Numbered from the stretch's first letter, positions 1 to 9,566 are shown. The stretch: 64,000 nucleotides of DNA from Acidobacteriia bacterium AH_259_A11_L15 (GCA_027717655.1 JALLOH010000005.1:284-64283); one strand, 5' to 3'. Program-made: numbers and translations. The notes: generated from the sequence alone by a model not told the origin.

Positions 1-395
1 CGGCGAAACAGCTCCTCCACCTCCGCATCGGGCAGCCTCACCGGCAGGATGCTGTTCTTGAAGCAGTTGCTGTAGAAGATGTCAGCGAAGCTGGGGGCGA
101 TGACCGCCCGGAAGCCGTAGTCATGCACCGCCCAGGCGGCGTGCTCGCGGCTGGAGCCGCAGCCCAGGTTGGCCCGCGTCAGGAGAATCGAGGCTCCCCG
201 GTAGCGCGGCCGGTTGAGCACGAACTCCGGGTCGGGCACGTCGCCGTCCTGGTAGCGCCAATCGTAGAAAAGGAACTTGCCGTAGCCTTCGCGGGTCAGC
301 AGCTTGCAGAACTGCTTGGGGACCATCTGGTCGGTGTCCACGTTCACCCGGTCCAGCGGCGCCACCAGCCCCGTGTGTTTGACGAACGGCTTCAT
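1..395 (-). CDS. leuD: 3-isopropylmalate dehydratase small subunit (C-terminus cut by window edge)
   Basis: Own minus-strand translation from the ATG at 395-393: [48 protein letters not shown]...[21 protein letters not shown]. These are typical LeuD motifs. The gene lies directly downstream of leuC. It is absent from the ORF track because it runs off the window. Confidence 0.85.
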   Translation of the reverse strand, partial: MKPFVKHTGLVAPLDRVNVDTDQMVPKQFCKLLTREGYGKFLFYDWRYQDGDVPDPEFVLNRPRYRGASILLTRANLGCGSSREHAAWAVHDYGFRAVIAPSFADIFYSNCFKNSILPVRLPDAEVEELFR

Positions 396-427
396 CCCGG
401 CCTCTTCCTCTCCCCCAGCGGCAGGAG

Positions 428-447
428 CCCTTCGGCTTCGCTCAGGA
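428..447. repeat. REP-like unit (CCCTTCGG-N-GCTCAGG family) in the leuC-leuD spacer
   Basis: cccttcggcttcgctcagga. The same core, in either orientation, recurs near 5903, 26077, 37446, 37611 and 57523. Confidence 0.5.
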
Positions 448-481
448 CAAGCCGCGGGGTTGAACTGCGCTGCTCACCAGG

Positions 482-1909
482 TTATTCACTTCCATCGACA
501 TCCCACTCGCGGATGTCCACGAAGTGACCTTCCAGCGCCGCGGCGGCCGCCATCAGCGGGCTCACCAGGTGCGTGCGCCCCCCTTTGCCCTGGCGGCCTT
601 CGAAGTTGCGGTTCGAGGTGGAGGCGCAGCGCTCGCCGCTGGGCAGGATGTCGTCGTTCATCCCGATGCACATCGAGCAGCCCGCGTCCCGCCACTCGAA
701 CCCGGCCTCGAGGAAAATCTTCTCCAACCCTTCCTTCTCCGCCTGCGCTTTCACTTGCATCGAGCCGGGCACCACCAGCGCCTGCTTCAGCGATTTGGCT
801 ACCTTCTTGCCGGCCACGACCCGCGCCGCCGCCCGCAGGTCCTCAAGGCGCGAGTTGGTGCAGGAGCCGATGAAGACGCGGTCGAGCGGGAGGTCCATCA
901 GCCGCGTCCCCGGCGTCAGCCCCATGTAGTCGAGCGCCCGCTCCACCCCCCGGCGCTCGACCCCGTCAGCGAACTGGCTGGGGTCGGGAACTTTCCCGGT
1001 TACCTCGGTGACCATCCCGGGGTTCGTCCCCCAGGTGACCTGCGGGGCGATTGCCTCCGCCCGCAGCTCCACCACCCGGTCGTAGGTCGCTCCCGGGTCG
1101 CTCGCCCACGTCTTCCACCGCTCCACGGCTTCCTGGAAATCCTGGCCCCGGGGCACGAACGGCCGGCCTTCGAGATAGGCGAACGTCTTCTCATCCGGCG
1201 CCACCATCCCGGCGCGCGCGCCCCCCTCAATCGACATGTTGCAGACGGTCATCCGCCCTTCCATCGACAGGGCGCCGATGGTCTCTCCGGCGTATTCGAT
1301 CACGTGCCCGTTGCCCCCGGAGACGCCGATGGTCCCGATGATGGCCAGGATGACGTCCTTCGCGGTCGTGCCCTTGCCCCGTCTGCCGTTCACCCGAATC
1401 AACAGCGTCTTGGACTTGAACTGTTGCAGGCACTGGGTGGCCAGCACGTGCTCGACATCGCTGGTGCCGATGCCAAAGGCCAGGGTGCCGAAGGCCCCGT
1501 GCGTCGAGGTGTGGCTGTCGCCGCAGACGATGGTCTGCCCCGGCTGGGTGATGCCCAGCTCCGGCCCGATGATATGCACGATGCCCTGGTTGTGGCTGTG
1601 CAGGTCGAACAGCCGCACGCGGGTCTCCCGGCAATTCCGCGCCAGGGCCTCGAACTGCCCGGCGGCGTCCTGGTCGAGAATCGGGAGGTGCCGGTTCTTG
1701 GTCGGCACCGAGTGGTCCATCACCGCGAAGGTCAGGTCCGGCCGGCGCACCTTGCGGCCCGCCGCCTTCAGGCCGGCGAAGGCCTGTGGCGAGGTGCCTT
1801 CGTGGATGAGGTGGCGATCGATGTAGATCAGCGAGGGCCCGGGCTGCTCCTGGACGAGGTGCGCATCCCAGATTTTTTCATACATTGTCCGTGCTGGCAT
1901 CGCCCTCAT
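482..1909 (-). CDS. leuC: 3-isopropylmalate dehydratase large subunit
   Basis: 475-aa ORF containing [11 protein letters not shown]..., [21 protein letters not shown] and [11 protein letters not shown] (aconitase-family Fe-S ligand motifs). Three in-frame ATGs (1909, 1900, 1885); the true start is uncertain. Confidence 0.95.
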   Translation of the reverse strand: MRAMPARTMYEKIWDAHLVQEQPGPSLIYIDRHLIHEGTSPQAFAGLKAAGRKVRRPDLTFAVMDHSVPTKNRHLPILDQDAAGQFEALARNCRETRVRLFDLHSHNQGIVHIIGPELGITQPGQTIVCGDSHTSTHGAFGTLAFGIGTSDVEHVLATQCLQQFKSKTLLIRVNGRRGKGTTAKDVILAIIGTIGVSGGNGHVIEYAGETIGALSMEGRMTVCNMSIEGGARAGMVAPDEKTFAYLEGRPFVPRGQDFQEAVERWKTWASDPGATYDRVVELRAEAIAPQVTWGTNPGMVTEVTGKVPDPSQFADGVERRGVERALDYMGLTPGTRLMDLPLDRVFIGSCTNSRLEDLRAAARVVAGKKVAKSLKQALVVPGSMQVKAQAEKEGLEKIFLEAGFEWRDAGCSMCIGMNDDILPSGERCASTSNRNFEGRQGKGGRTHLVSPLMAAAAALEGHFVDIREWDVDGSE

Positions 1910-2047
1910 AGACCGCCCGCTGGAAGCATAAATACGGACGTGAATTTTTATTATACCGCGCCGGCGCGGGCGCGGCCAGCCTCAGGAAAGCCCTGTCATG
2001 CTAAACAGAGCGAAGCCTCGCAGCGGAGATTCTTGGCTCCGCCCGCC

Positions 2048-2860
2048 TCAGCCCAGGATTTCCAGCACCGCCTGGTTCCACCCCGCGGGGCCGGGTGCCG
2101 CGCGGCGCGCCTGGGGAAGGTTCTCCAGCAGCTCGGGGTGGTGGCGGCCGTTAGGTCTGGCCACCACCACGGGGACGTCCACCACTTTCAAAAAGTCCAC
2201 GTCATTGGGGCCGTCGCCCAACCCCACGCTGCGCACCTGGGTGTAGTGCTGGCGGTAAAGATCCAGCAGGCGGGCCACCGCCGCGCCCTTGTCGTTCGTC
2301 CCCATCAAATGGAAAAAGCGCCCGCCCTGCCGCCAGCTCAGGCCGCGCTCGCGCAGCCAGGTGAAGAACCTCTCCTTCTGCTGCGGCGTGCCTTTCTCCA
2401 CCAGGAAAGGCTCGTCGAACTCGCGGTGCCGGGCGAGCTTCGCCGCCGCCAAGGAGAGCCCACAGAGCTTGGCCACTTCTCTATCCTTCATCTGGTTGAA
2501 GCCGCGCACGCTGGCGCCGCTGGTCTTGGCGGCTTCGTCGAGCGCCCGCACCAGCTTCCGGTAATCGAGGCCCAGCTCCAGCACGTGGAACTCCGCCTCC
2601 GTCCGCGCGTTGGACAGCGGAAAGGGGAAGTAGTTGCGAGGGACGTAGACGGCGCCGCCGTTCTCCGCCACGAAGGGATGAACGTTGCCCAACTCCTCTC
2701 GCAGCGGCAGGATTTCCGCCCGGGTCTTGCTGGTGCAGAACACCAGCGGAATCCTGCGCCGCCGCAACTCCTCCAGGGCCGGACGGGCCGGCCGGTAGGA
2801 ATAGGTCTTGTGATCGAGTAGGGTGGCGTCGAGGTCGGTGAAAACGATTAGGTGGCCCAT
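2048..2860 (-). CDS. HAD-IIB mannosyl/glucosyl-3-phosphoglycerate phosphatase (MpgP/YedP family)
   Basis: LIVFTDLDATLLD (DxDxT motif), CTSKT, GLGDGPNDVDFL. Overall resemblance to E. coli YedP/MpgP from memory. Adjacent to a GpgS-like glycosyltransferase. Confidence 0.75.
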   Translation of the reverse strand: MGHLIVFTDLDATLLDHKTYSYRPARPALEELRRRRIPLVFCTSKTRAEILPLREELGNVHPFVAENGGAVYVPRNYFPFPLSNARTEAEFHVLELGLDYRKLVRALDEAAKTSGASVRGFNQMKDREVAKLCGLSLAAAKLARHREFDEPFLVEKGTPQQKERFFTWLRERGLSWRQGGRFFHLMGTNDKGAAVARLLDLYRQHYTQVRSVGLGDGPNDVDFLKVVDVPVVVARPNGRHHPELLENLPQARRAAPGPAGWNQAVLEILG

Positions 2861-2911
2861 GGCTCCCTAGAGGTGCCGCACCCCGGTTTGGGTCTCGGGC
2901 ATGGCCGGGAC

Positions 2912-4120
2912 TCAGGCGTTGTCTTCCTCCACGGCGAGGGCCAACTGCGCAAGGAAATCCGGCACCGCGGCCACCACGCGGTTCCAGTTCGGAATCAGCG
3001 GCGCGCCCAGAGGGTCCTTCAAGAATTCCTCCGCCGCCAGGGCGATGGCCCGGGCGAAGGCCTGGACGGCCACCTCCTCCTCATGGCGGTCGAATTCCAG
3101 CCCGTTGATCATGGCATCGGCGTGGTAGCGCGTGATGGTGTCTTCGGCCGTGCGCACATACTTGGTCTGCACCGTCCGGAAGCTGCCTTCCGAGAGAACC
3201 GCCCCTTCGGCGGCCACCATGCGCAAGAGGGTCTTGGCGATGTCCACGGTCATCCGCATCAACCCTTTCTGGGCGTCGCCGGCGGAAAGCGCCTGGTGCT
3301 TGTGCTCGTAGTTCTCCGCCAGGTCCACCTGGCAGATGCGCTTCAAGGAGCAGTTGCGGTAGATCTCGGCCAGTACTCCCACCTCCAGGCCCCAGTCGGC
3401 GGGGATGCGGTTCACCCGCGCTAGCTCCGCCTCCATGGCGAACTCCCCCGCCAGCGGGTAGCGGAAGCTGTCCAGGTACACCAGGAAGGGGAGGTGGCCG
3501 TAAATCTCCTTCAAGGAGCGCACGAAGGGGGTGACGAACAGCCGGGTCACCCGACCGTGCAGCTTGGTGGTGTAGCGGGCGTAGAAGCCCTTGCAGAATT
3601 CGAAGTCCACGTTGGGGTTGGCGATGGGGTGGTAGAGCCGGGCCAGCAGCTCCCGGGTGTAGTTGACGATGTCGCAGTCGTGCAGCGCGATTTTCTTCGC
3701 CTGCCCGCTGGCCAGCACGTACCCGTAGGCGATCCAGCAGGCCCGGCCCTTCCCCGGCGGCCCCGGGGTCAGGTCGTTCTCCTCCAGCGTCTTGAACAGG
3801 CGCTGCACCCGCTCTCCGTCGTTCCAAATCACGCGCACGTTCCGGTGAATGCCGCTCAGGCGCTCCTTGACCTCCGCGCACTGTTTCTCGTCCGCACTCC
3901 CCAGCGTGAGGACGATTTGCTTCAGGTAGGGCACCTTGGAGAGTTCCCGCAAGATCACCGTCATGGCTTCCGTCTCAAACTCCGCGTAAAGCGCCGGCAA
4001 GACCAGGGCCATGGGCGCGGTGCGGGCAAAGCGGACCAACTCGCCCTCGATCTCCTCGATCCGCCGGCTGCCCAAGCGGTGCAGGGTGGCCACCATGCCG
4101 CTCTGGAAGAAATCGGACAT
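2912..4120 (-). CDS. Glucosyl-(or mannosyl-)3-phosphoglycerate synthase-like glycosyltransferase (GT81/GpgS-like)
   Basis: 402 aa. PGKGRACW...IALHDCDI...KGFYAR...HGRVTRLFVTPF...YPLAGEFA...DWGLEVG follows the GpgS (Rv1208-type) motif order as remembered. Sugar specificity cannot be determined from sequence. Confidence 0.65.
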   Translation of the reverse strand: MSDFFQSGMVATLHRLGSRRIEEIEGELVRFARTAPMALVLPALYAEFETEAMTVILRELSKVPYLKQIVLTLGSADEKQCAEVKERLSGIHRNVRVIWNDGERVQRLFKTLEENDLTPGPPGKGRACWIAYGYVLASGQAKKIALHDCDIVNYTRELLARLYHPIANPNVDFEFCKGFYARYTTKLHGRVTRLFVTPFVRSLKEIYGHLPFLVYLDSFRYPLAGEFAMEAELARVNRIPADWGLEVGVLAEIYRNCSLKRICQVDLAENYEHKHQALSAGDAQKGLMRMTVDIAKTLLRMVAAEGAVLSEGSFRTVQTKYVRTAEDTITRYHADAMINGLEFDRHEEEVAVQAFARAIALAAEEFLKDPLGAPLIPNWNRVVAAVPDFLAQLALAVEEDNA

Positions 4121-4263
4121 CTAAGCGTTCGCCCTCCGTGGCTCCGTTGCCACTACCCGCCGGGCGTTGAAGTTCACTCCAGGGAGGTAGCAGGTGGGCA
4201 ACTCAAGACCGAAGAGCGATTGTAGACGCGCCCGCGCGGACAAGTCAAACCTTTCCTCCGCCT

Positions 4264-4827
4264 TCATGCTTTGGGGGGAATGTCCGGCAGCACCTTGCCG
4301 GTGCGCCAGGCGTAGTGGATGCCGGAGGCTAGGGTGATCGCCACCGTCAGCCCGATCAGCACGTCCTTGGCCCAGACCACCGCCCCGTGCGGCCACACCC
4401 TGGCCAGGACCACCACACCCACGGTCAGCACCTGGGTCACCGTGCTGATCTTGCCGTAAACGCTGGACGCGAACGGCCGCCACCCGGCCCCGATGATGAT
4501 GGCCAAGGCCACGGCTAGGATGAGCACGTCCCGCCCCAGCACCAGGACGCTCACCGTCCAGGGAACGTCGCCCTGGACTGCCAGGATGACGAAGGCGGTC
4601 GAAAGCAGCAACTTGTCGGTGATGGGGTCGAGATAGGCGCCCAGGGGCGTGCGCTGCTTCAGCGCCCGCGCCAGCAGCCCGTCCAAGGCGTCGCTCAAGC
4701 CCGCGGCCAGCAGCACCGCCAATCCCCAGCCATAGCGCTGGTTAAGAACCGCAATGACGAAGAAAGGAATCAGCGCCAGCCGCACCAGCGTGAGCTGGTT
4801 GGCCAGGGTGAAGAACTGCCGGCTCAT
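4264..4827 (-). CDS. pgsA: CDP-alcohol phosphatidyltransferase (PgsA-like)
   Basis: 187-aa multi-TM protein. DALDGLLARALKQRTPLGAYLDPITDKLL matches D-x2-DG-x2-AR-x8-G-x3-D-x3-D. Confidence 0.8.
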   Translation of the reverse strand: MSRQFFTLANQLTLVRLALIPFFVIAVLNQRYGWGLAVLLAAGLSDALDGLLARALKQRTPLGAYLDPITDKLLLSTAFVILAVQGDVPWTVSVLVLGRDVLILAVALAIIIGAGWRPFASSVYGKISTVTQVLTVGVVVLARVWPHGAVVWAKDVLIGLTVAITLASGIHYAWRTGKVLPDIPPKA

Positions 4828-4855
4828 CGGAGGGGCGGCCCGCCGGGGCGGCGGC

Positions 4856-5176
4856 TTAGGGCTCGGCCTCGGTCATCGCGGCCAGGTACTCCAGCAGGCT
4901 GCGACCCACCTGGCGCTCGAAGGTTTGCGACAGCGAGGGGATCGACCCCTGGGGCTCGTCCAGGGCGATGCGCTCCAGCCGCTGCATGGGATAAAAAATC
5001 GTGGCCAGCCCCACCAGGTCTTCGGCGTCCCTCTTCACCTGGCGGACGAAGTCGTCGAAGGAGTTGAGGTCAATCCCGCGCACGGTCACCCCCGCCTGGG
5101 TCAGCGCCACCAACTGGCCCCACACCCGTTCCTTGGGCTCGTGCAAACTGACGACGACAATGGAATTCAACTCCAT
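4856..5176 (-). CDS. Hypothetical protein
   Basis: 106-aa ORF with normal-looking composition, packed between pgsA and scoB on the same strand. No recognisable motif. Confidence 0.5.
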   Translation of the reverse strand: MELNSIVVVSLHEPKERVWGQLVALTQAGVTVRGIDLNSFDDFVRQVKRDAEDLVGLATIFYPMQRLERIALDEPQGSIPSLSQTFERQVGRSLLEYLAAMTEAEP

Positions 5177-5197
5177 CGGCCTGCCTACATTTTCCCC

Positions 5198-5866
5198 CTA
5201 CACCTGCGTTTCCTTCAAGTCCTTTGCCACTTTCAACGTCGGCTCGGTCACTTCCTGGACTTTCTCCGGCGTGGCGCCCGGGGCCACTTCTTTCAGCAGC
5301 AGGCCCGCCCGGGTCACTTCGATCACCGCCAGCTCGGTCACGATCAGGTCCACCACCCCGACGCCGGTCAGGGGCAGCGTACACTGCTTGAGGATTTTGG
5401 GCTTGCCCTTGGCGGTGTGCTCCATGGCGATGATCACCCGCTTGGCCCCGGCCACCAGGTCCATCGCCCCGCCCATCCCCTTGACCATCTTGCCGGGGAT
5501 CATCCAGTTGGCCAGGTTCCCTTTCTCGTCCACCTGCAAGGCGCCCAGGATGGAGAGGTCAATGTGCCCGCCGCGGATCATCCCAAAGGAGTCGGCGCTG
5601 GAAAAGAACGCCGCCCCGGGAATCTCCGTCACTGTCTCTTTGCCGGCGTTGATCAGGTCGGCGTCCTCTTCACCCTGGTAGGGATACGGCCCGATGCCCA
5701 GCAGCCCGTTCTCGGATTGCAGGATTACGTCCATCCCTTTGGGGATGTAGTTCGCCACCAGGGTGGGCAGGCCGATGCCCAGGTTGACGTAGTAGCCGTC
5801 GCGCAGCTCCTGCGCCACCCGCTTGGCAATCCGCTCCCGAATCCCCTCGCCACTCTTCTGTGCCAT
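5198..5866 (-). CDS. scoB: 3-oxoacid CoA-transferase subunit B
   Basis: [17 protein letters not shown] (catalytic Glu motif), GGAMDLV. Confidence 0.9.
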   Translation of the reverse strand: MAQKSGEGIRERIAKRVAQELRDGYYVNLGIGLPTLVANYIPKGMDVILQSENGLLGIGPYPYQGEEDADLINAGKETVTEIPGAAFFSSADSFGMIRGGHIDLSILGALQVDEKGNLANWMIPGKMVKGMGGAMDLVAGAKRVIIAMEHTAKGKPKILKQCTLPLTGVGVVDLIVTELAVIEVTRAGLLLKEVAPGATPEKVQEVTEPTLKVAKDLKETQV

Positions 5867-6026
5867 CTTTCCCCTCTGTGTTGTCTCTGTGTCCTCTGCT
5901 TGCCCTCAGCGAAGTCGAAGGGCGCCTCTGCGGTGAAAATTCCTTTTCCTCTACTCCTTTGCCTCTTGTGCTTCCTTTGCCCCCTCTATTTCCTGCCTCC
6001 GTGCCTCTCTCCCTGGCTGCCTCCTG
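5867..6026. repeat. 160-bp CT-rich / REP-containing spacer inside the scoA-scoB operon
   Basis: Contains ccctcagcgaagtcgaaggg (5903-5922, REP core) followed by ctcctttgcctcttgtgcttcctttgcc, which closely resembles ctcctttgcttcctctgcttcctctgcc inside tyrA (about 7620-7650). Confidence 0.55.
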
Positions 6027-6728
6027 CTAGGCCGCGCGCTGGCGCGTGGTGCGCCGCTCGATGCGCTTCTCGTAGTCTTTCCCCTGAAAAATGGCATCCA
6101 CGAAGATGCCCGGGGTGTGGACGAAATCCGGGTCGAGCTCCCCCACGTCCACCAGCTCCTCGACTTCGGCGATCACAGTGTCGGCCGCGGTGGCCATCAC
6201 CGGATTAAAGTTCCGCGCCGTCTTTCGGTAGATAAGATTTCCCCACCGGTCCCCCTTCCAGGCCTTGATGAAAGCATACTGAGCCCGCAGCGGCTTCTCC
6301 AGCACGTACATCTTGCCGCCGATCTCCCGCGTCTCCTTGCCTTCGCCCACCGGGGTGCCGTAGCCGGTGGGGGTGAAGAACCCGCCGAGGCCCGCCCCGG
6401 CCGCCCGCATGCGCTCGGCCAGCGTGCCCTGGGGATTCAACTCCACTTCCAGCTCCCCGCTCAGCACCTGCTGCTCGAACAGCTTGTTCTCCCCCACGTA
6501 AGTGGCGATCATCTTTTTCACTTGCTTGGTCTGCAGCAGCAGCCCGATCCCGAAGTCATCCACCCCGGCGTTGTTCGATATGACCGTCAGGTTCTTGACG
6601 CCTTTCCGCCGCACCGCCGCGATCAGGTTCTCCGGGATGCCGCACAGCCCGAAGCCGCCCATCATGATGGTGGCCCCGTCCTGAATCGCCTTGATGGCTT
6701 CCTCCGCGTTCGCCACCCGCTTGTTCAT
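6027..6728 (-). CDS. scoA: 3-oxoacid CoA-transferase subunit A
   Basis: [44 protein letters not shown]. Confidence 0.9.
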   Translation of the reverse strand: MNKRVANAEEAIKAIQDGATIMMGGFGLCGIPENLIAAVRRKGVKNLTVISNNAGVDDFGIGLLLQTKQVKKMIATYVGENKLFEQQVLSGELEVELNPQGTLAERMRAAGAGLGGFFTPTGYGTPVGEGKETREIGGKMYVLEKPLRAQYAFIKAWKGDRWGNLIYRKTARNFNPVMATAADTVIAEVEELVDVGELDPDFVHTPGIFVDAIFQGKDYEKRIERRTTRQRAA

Positions 6729-6741
6729 CGCTCTACTCCAT

Positions 6742-7179
6742 TCAGCTCGCTAATCCCTTACCACCGAGCTCCACCAGCATGGCATTCATCGCCTGCAAAT
6801 ACTTCTCCACCAAATCCTTTTGCTCCTCAATCTTCATCGGACGTTCGAGAACCTTAAAGTCGCCCATCCCTTCAATGAGGTCTGTGATCTTTGCACGTGC
6901 TTCCTTCCGAAAGAGCGAAGCCACAAAGACGAGCTCAAGTCGAAGAGGCGCTGCACCTCTAGTATTTGGCGGCTCCGAGGTCACAGCATCCAACCACTCC
7001 AAGAAAAGACCCTGCAGTCTCTCATAGGCCTTCAGCTGTAGCTCGTACCTCTTACTCCTAAGTTGCCACCTTGCTGTCAACCAAGTGGCGAGAATGCCCC
7101 CGAGCACGGCAATCACTATGGGGCTATTCAGCACGTGCCATATCTGCGACCACAAGTTCGGCCAGTCAACGTTTTGCAT
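6742..7179 (-). CDS. Hypothetical membrane-anchored protein (lower-GC patch)
   Basis: 145 aa with one N-terminal TM segment ([14 protein letters not shown]). Overlaps the tyrA stop by 14 nt. Visibly AT-richer than its neighbours. Confidence 0.5.
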   Translation of the reverse strand: MQNVDWPNLWSQIWHVLNSPIVIAVLGGILATWLTARWQLRSKRYELQLKAYERLQGLFLEWLDAVTSEPPNTRGAAPLRLELVFVASLFRKEARAKITDLIEGMGDFKVLERPMKIEEQKDLVEKYLQAMNAMLVELGGKGLAS

Positions 7180-8092
7180 TTTCTCTCAGCTGGCGCGTTA
7201 ATTCTTGGCCTTTCTCAAACTCGTCTGCCAGCTCCTTCGAGCGCAGCCGGGTGCGCAGCCGCTGCAGGCGCGCCTCCAGCCGCTCCAGCGCCCGCTCCAG
7301 GTTTTCGCTGTTGGTCAAGCAGATGTCCCGCCAGAGGTCGTAAGGGCTCGCGGCCAGCCGGGTCATATCGCGGAAGCCGGTCCCGGCCAGGCTGAGCGGC
7401 AGGCCGTCCTCGTCGGTCTCGTCCCAGACCGCGCTGGCCAGCGCGGTCGAAAGCAACTGCGGCGCCTGCGACACCAAGGCCACCGCCCAGTCGTGCGTCT
7501 CCGCATCCAGCTCCACCGGCTCCGCCCCCAGCCGCCGCACCCAATCCAAGAACTCCTCCGCCGCCTCTGTCATCCCGAGTCCCGACCCCGAACCTTCGGG
7601 GCGGGACGAGGAATCTGCTTTCTCCTTTGCTTCCTCTGCTTCCTCTGCCTCCTTGACCACAACGTACTTGGAACCCATAAAAAGATCGGCGTCCGCATTC
7701 TCGATCCCCGACACTTCTTTCCCCGCCATCGGGTGGCCGCCCAAAAAGGTTAGCGTCTCCGGCAAAACCTGTTTCGCCATCCGGCAAACTCGCACCTTGG
7801 TGCTGCCCGCGTCGGTGACCAGCGCCCCGGCTTTGGCGTGCCGGCCCACTTGCGGCAGCAAGTCCAGGATGACTACCACCGGCGCGGCCAGATAAATCAG
7901 CTCGGCGCCCTCCACCGCCGTCGCACCATCCTCCGTTCCCCGGTCAATGGCTCCCCGCTCTTGCGCCTTTTGCAGGACATCCTCTTTGTCCCAACCGATG
8001 ATCTTACCGGCGTAGCCACGCTTCTTCAGCCCCAGCGCGAACGACCCCCCGATCAACCCACAACCCAAGACGGCAATTTTCTGGAAAGCCAT
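7166..8092 (-). CDS. tyrA: Prephenate dehydrogenase
   Basis: IAVLGCGLIGGSFALGL Rossmann motif, GGHPMAG, THDWAVALVSQAPQLL. Carries an acidic/Gly-Ser insertion at aa 147-173. Confidence 0.9.
   Translation of the reverse strand: MAFQKIAVLGCGLIGGSFALGLKKRGYAGKIIGWDKEDVLQKAQERGAIDRGTEDGATAVEGAELIYLAAPVVVILDLLPQVGRHAKAGALVTDAGSTKVRVCRMAKQVLPETLTFLGGHPMAGKEVSGIENADADLFMGSKYVVVKEAEEAEEAKEKADSSSRPEGSGSGLGMTEAAEEFLDWVRRLGAEPVELDAETHDWAVALVSQAPQLLSTALASAVWDETDEDGLPLSLAGTGFRDMTRLAASPYDLWRDICLTNSENLERALERLEARLQRLRTRLRSKELADEFEKGQELTRQLRENAKR
7574..7654 (-). repeat. In-frame repeat-derived insertion within tyrA
   Basis: Encodes KEAEEAEEAKEKADSSSRPEGSGSGLG. The DNA contains ccccgaaccttcgggg (7586-7601), identical to 9238-9253, followed by ggacgaggaatctg (compare gcgacgaagaatctc at about 9190) and the CT-rich motif shared with 5950-5990. 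Confidence 0.6.
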
Positions 8093-8095
8093 CAG

Positions 8096-9115
8096 CTAGC
8101 CAATGGTGCGTTCAACCGCCGGGGCGATGATGCGGAGCTGCTGCATCAGCCGGGCGAATTGCTCCGGGTAGAGCGACTGCGCCCCGTCGCTCAGCGCCTT
8201 CTCCGGCTCGTTGTGCACTTCAATCAGCAGGCCGTCGGCGCCCGCCGCCACCGCGGCCCGGGCCATGGGCGGCACTTTGTCCCGCCGCCCCGTCCCCTGC
8301 GAGGGGTCCACCACCACCGGCAGGTGGGAAAGTTTCTTCACCACCGGGATGGCCGCCAGGTCGAGCGTGTTGCGGGTGTAGGTCTCGAAGGTGCGGATGC
8401 CTCGTTCACAGAGAATCACGTTGTAGTTCCCGCCCTGCATCAGGTACTCGGCCGAGAGCAACCACTCCTCGATGGTGGCCGAAAGCCCGCGCTTGAGCAG
8501 GATCGGCTTTTTCGTCTTGCCCAGCTCCTTCAGCAGCACATAGTTCTGCATATTGCGGGCGCCCACCTGGAAGATGTCCACCAGCTCCTGCATCATCTGC
8601 ACCTGAGTATGGTCCACGATTTCGCTCACCACCAGCAGGCTGTTCGCCTCGGCCGCCTCCCGCATCATCTTCAGCCCGTCGGGGCCCAGCCCCTGGAAGC
8701 TGTACGGCGAGGTGCGCGGCTTGAAGGCGCCGCCCCGCAGCACCTTCGCCCCGTGCTCCCGAACCAGCTTGGCGATGGCCTGGATCTGCTCCGGATTTTC
8801 CACTGAGCACGGCCCGGCCATCATAATCACTTCCCGGCCGCCCACCTGCACGCCCCGGCCGACCTCCACCACCGTGCCTTCCGGTCGGAAGCTGCGGCTG
8901 GCCAGCTTGTAAGGGGCGCTGATGCGCACCACTTCGCGCACGCCCTCAAGCAGCTCGATGTCCCGGGTGTCGAAGTCCAGCCGCGCCCCCACCGCCCCCA
9001 GCACCGTGTGCCGGACGCCGGTGGAGCGGTGGACGCCGAACCCCATCCCCACCAGGCGCTCGATGACGTGCTGGATCTGCTCCTCAGTGGCTCCCTCGTG
9101 CATCACCACGACCAT
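8096..9115 (-). CDS. 3-deoxy-7-phosphoheptulonate (DAHP) synthase, type I-beta with an N-terminal ferredoxin-like regulatory domain
   Basis: 339 aa. N-terminal MVVVMHEGATEEQIQHVIERL (ACT/FL-like), then GPCSVEN, LRGGAFKPRTSPYSFQGLG, VDPSQG. Confidence 0.9.
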   Translation of the reverse strand: MVVVMHEGATEEQIQHVIERLVGMGFGVHRSTGVRHTVLGAVGARLDFDTRDIELLEGVREVVRISAPYKLASRSFRPEGTVVEVGRGVQVGGREVIMMAGPCSVENPEQIQAIAKLVREHGAKVLRGGAFKPRTSPYSFQGLGPDGLKMMREAAEANSLLVVSEIVDHTQVQMMQELVDIFQVGARNMQNYVLLKELGKTKKPILLKRGLSATIEEWLLSAEYLMQGGNYNVILCERGIRTFETYTRNTLDLAAIPVVKKLSHLPVVVDPSQGTGRRDKVPPMARAAVAAGADGLLIEVHNEPEKALSDGAQSLYPEQFARLMQQLRIIAPAVERTIG

Positions 9116-9147
9116 AGCCGACCGCCTCTCCTAGGTGCCCCGCCTTT

Positions 9148-9264
9148 GTCATTCTGAGGAGCCCTGCCTGCCGCAGGCAGGCCGAAGGGCGACGAAGAAT
9201 CTCAGCCGTGCCTCAAGCAATCGGTTGAGATTCTTCGCCCCGAACCTTCGGGGCTCAGAATGAC
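9148..9264. repeat. Nested palindromic REP/MITE-like element
   Basis: Outer arms gtcattctgag (9148-58) / ctcagaatgac (9254-64). Inner arms gaagaatctca / tgagattcttc. Internal hairpins tgcctgc-c-gcaggca and ccccgaa-cc-ttcgggg. Lies between DAHP synthase and chorismate mutase. Confidence 0.7.
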
Positions 9265-9290
9265 AAGCTAAAGCTCCTATTTTTCATCGC

Positions 9291-9566
9291 CTAAGATTTT
9301 TCCTTGTAGGTCTCCTGTTCCACCGCGCGCGCCTCGTCCAGGATGCGCTCGAACAGCCGCTTCAGGGCGTCGTTGCCCAACGGCCCGCCGTTCATCCGCT
9401 GCACCCGCTCCAGGATCTCTCGCTCGCGCTCGGGCTGATACACCGCTTGGCCGGCTTGCCGTTTCAGCTTGCCTGCCTCGGCGGCGCAGCGCGAGCGCTC
9501 GTTGAGCAGCTTCACCAACTGCTCGTCCAGCTCGTCAATCCGCTTCCGCCAATCCTTGATGTCCAT
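9291..9566 (-). CDS. Chorismate mutase (AroQ class)
   Basis: MDIKDWRKRIDELDEQLVKLLNERSRCAAEAGKLK...ILERV is the typical AroQ helix pattern. The ORF could extend to a TTG at 9605; the ATG at 9566 was chosen from N-terminal homology. Confidence 0.8.
   Translation of the reverse strand: MDIKDWRKRIDELDEQLVKLLNERSRCAAEAGKLKRQAGQAVYQPEREREILERVQRMNGGPLGNDALKRLFERILDEARAVEQETYKEKS

Noticed and set aside
524-2821. 765-aa plus-strand ORF spanning leuC and the phosphatase gene. Similar very long ORFs include 43833-47111 (-), 35876-37537 (-), 40501-42177 (-), 61680-62843 (-) and 22113-23141 (-).
   Set aside because: They are antisense or out of frame relative to genes with clear family motifs. Their translations are Arg/Pro/Gly/Ala-rich low-complexity strings typical of stop-poor non-coding frames in roughly 68% GC DNA.
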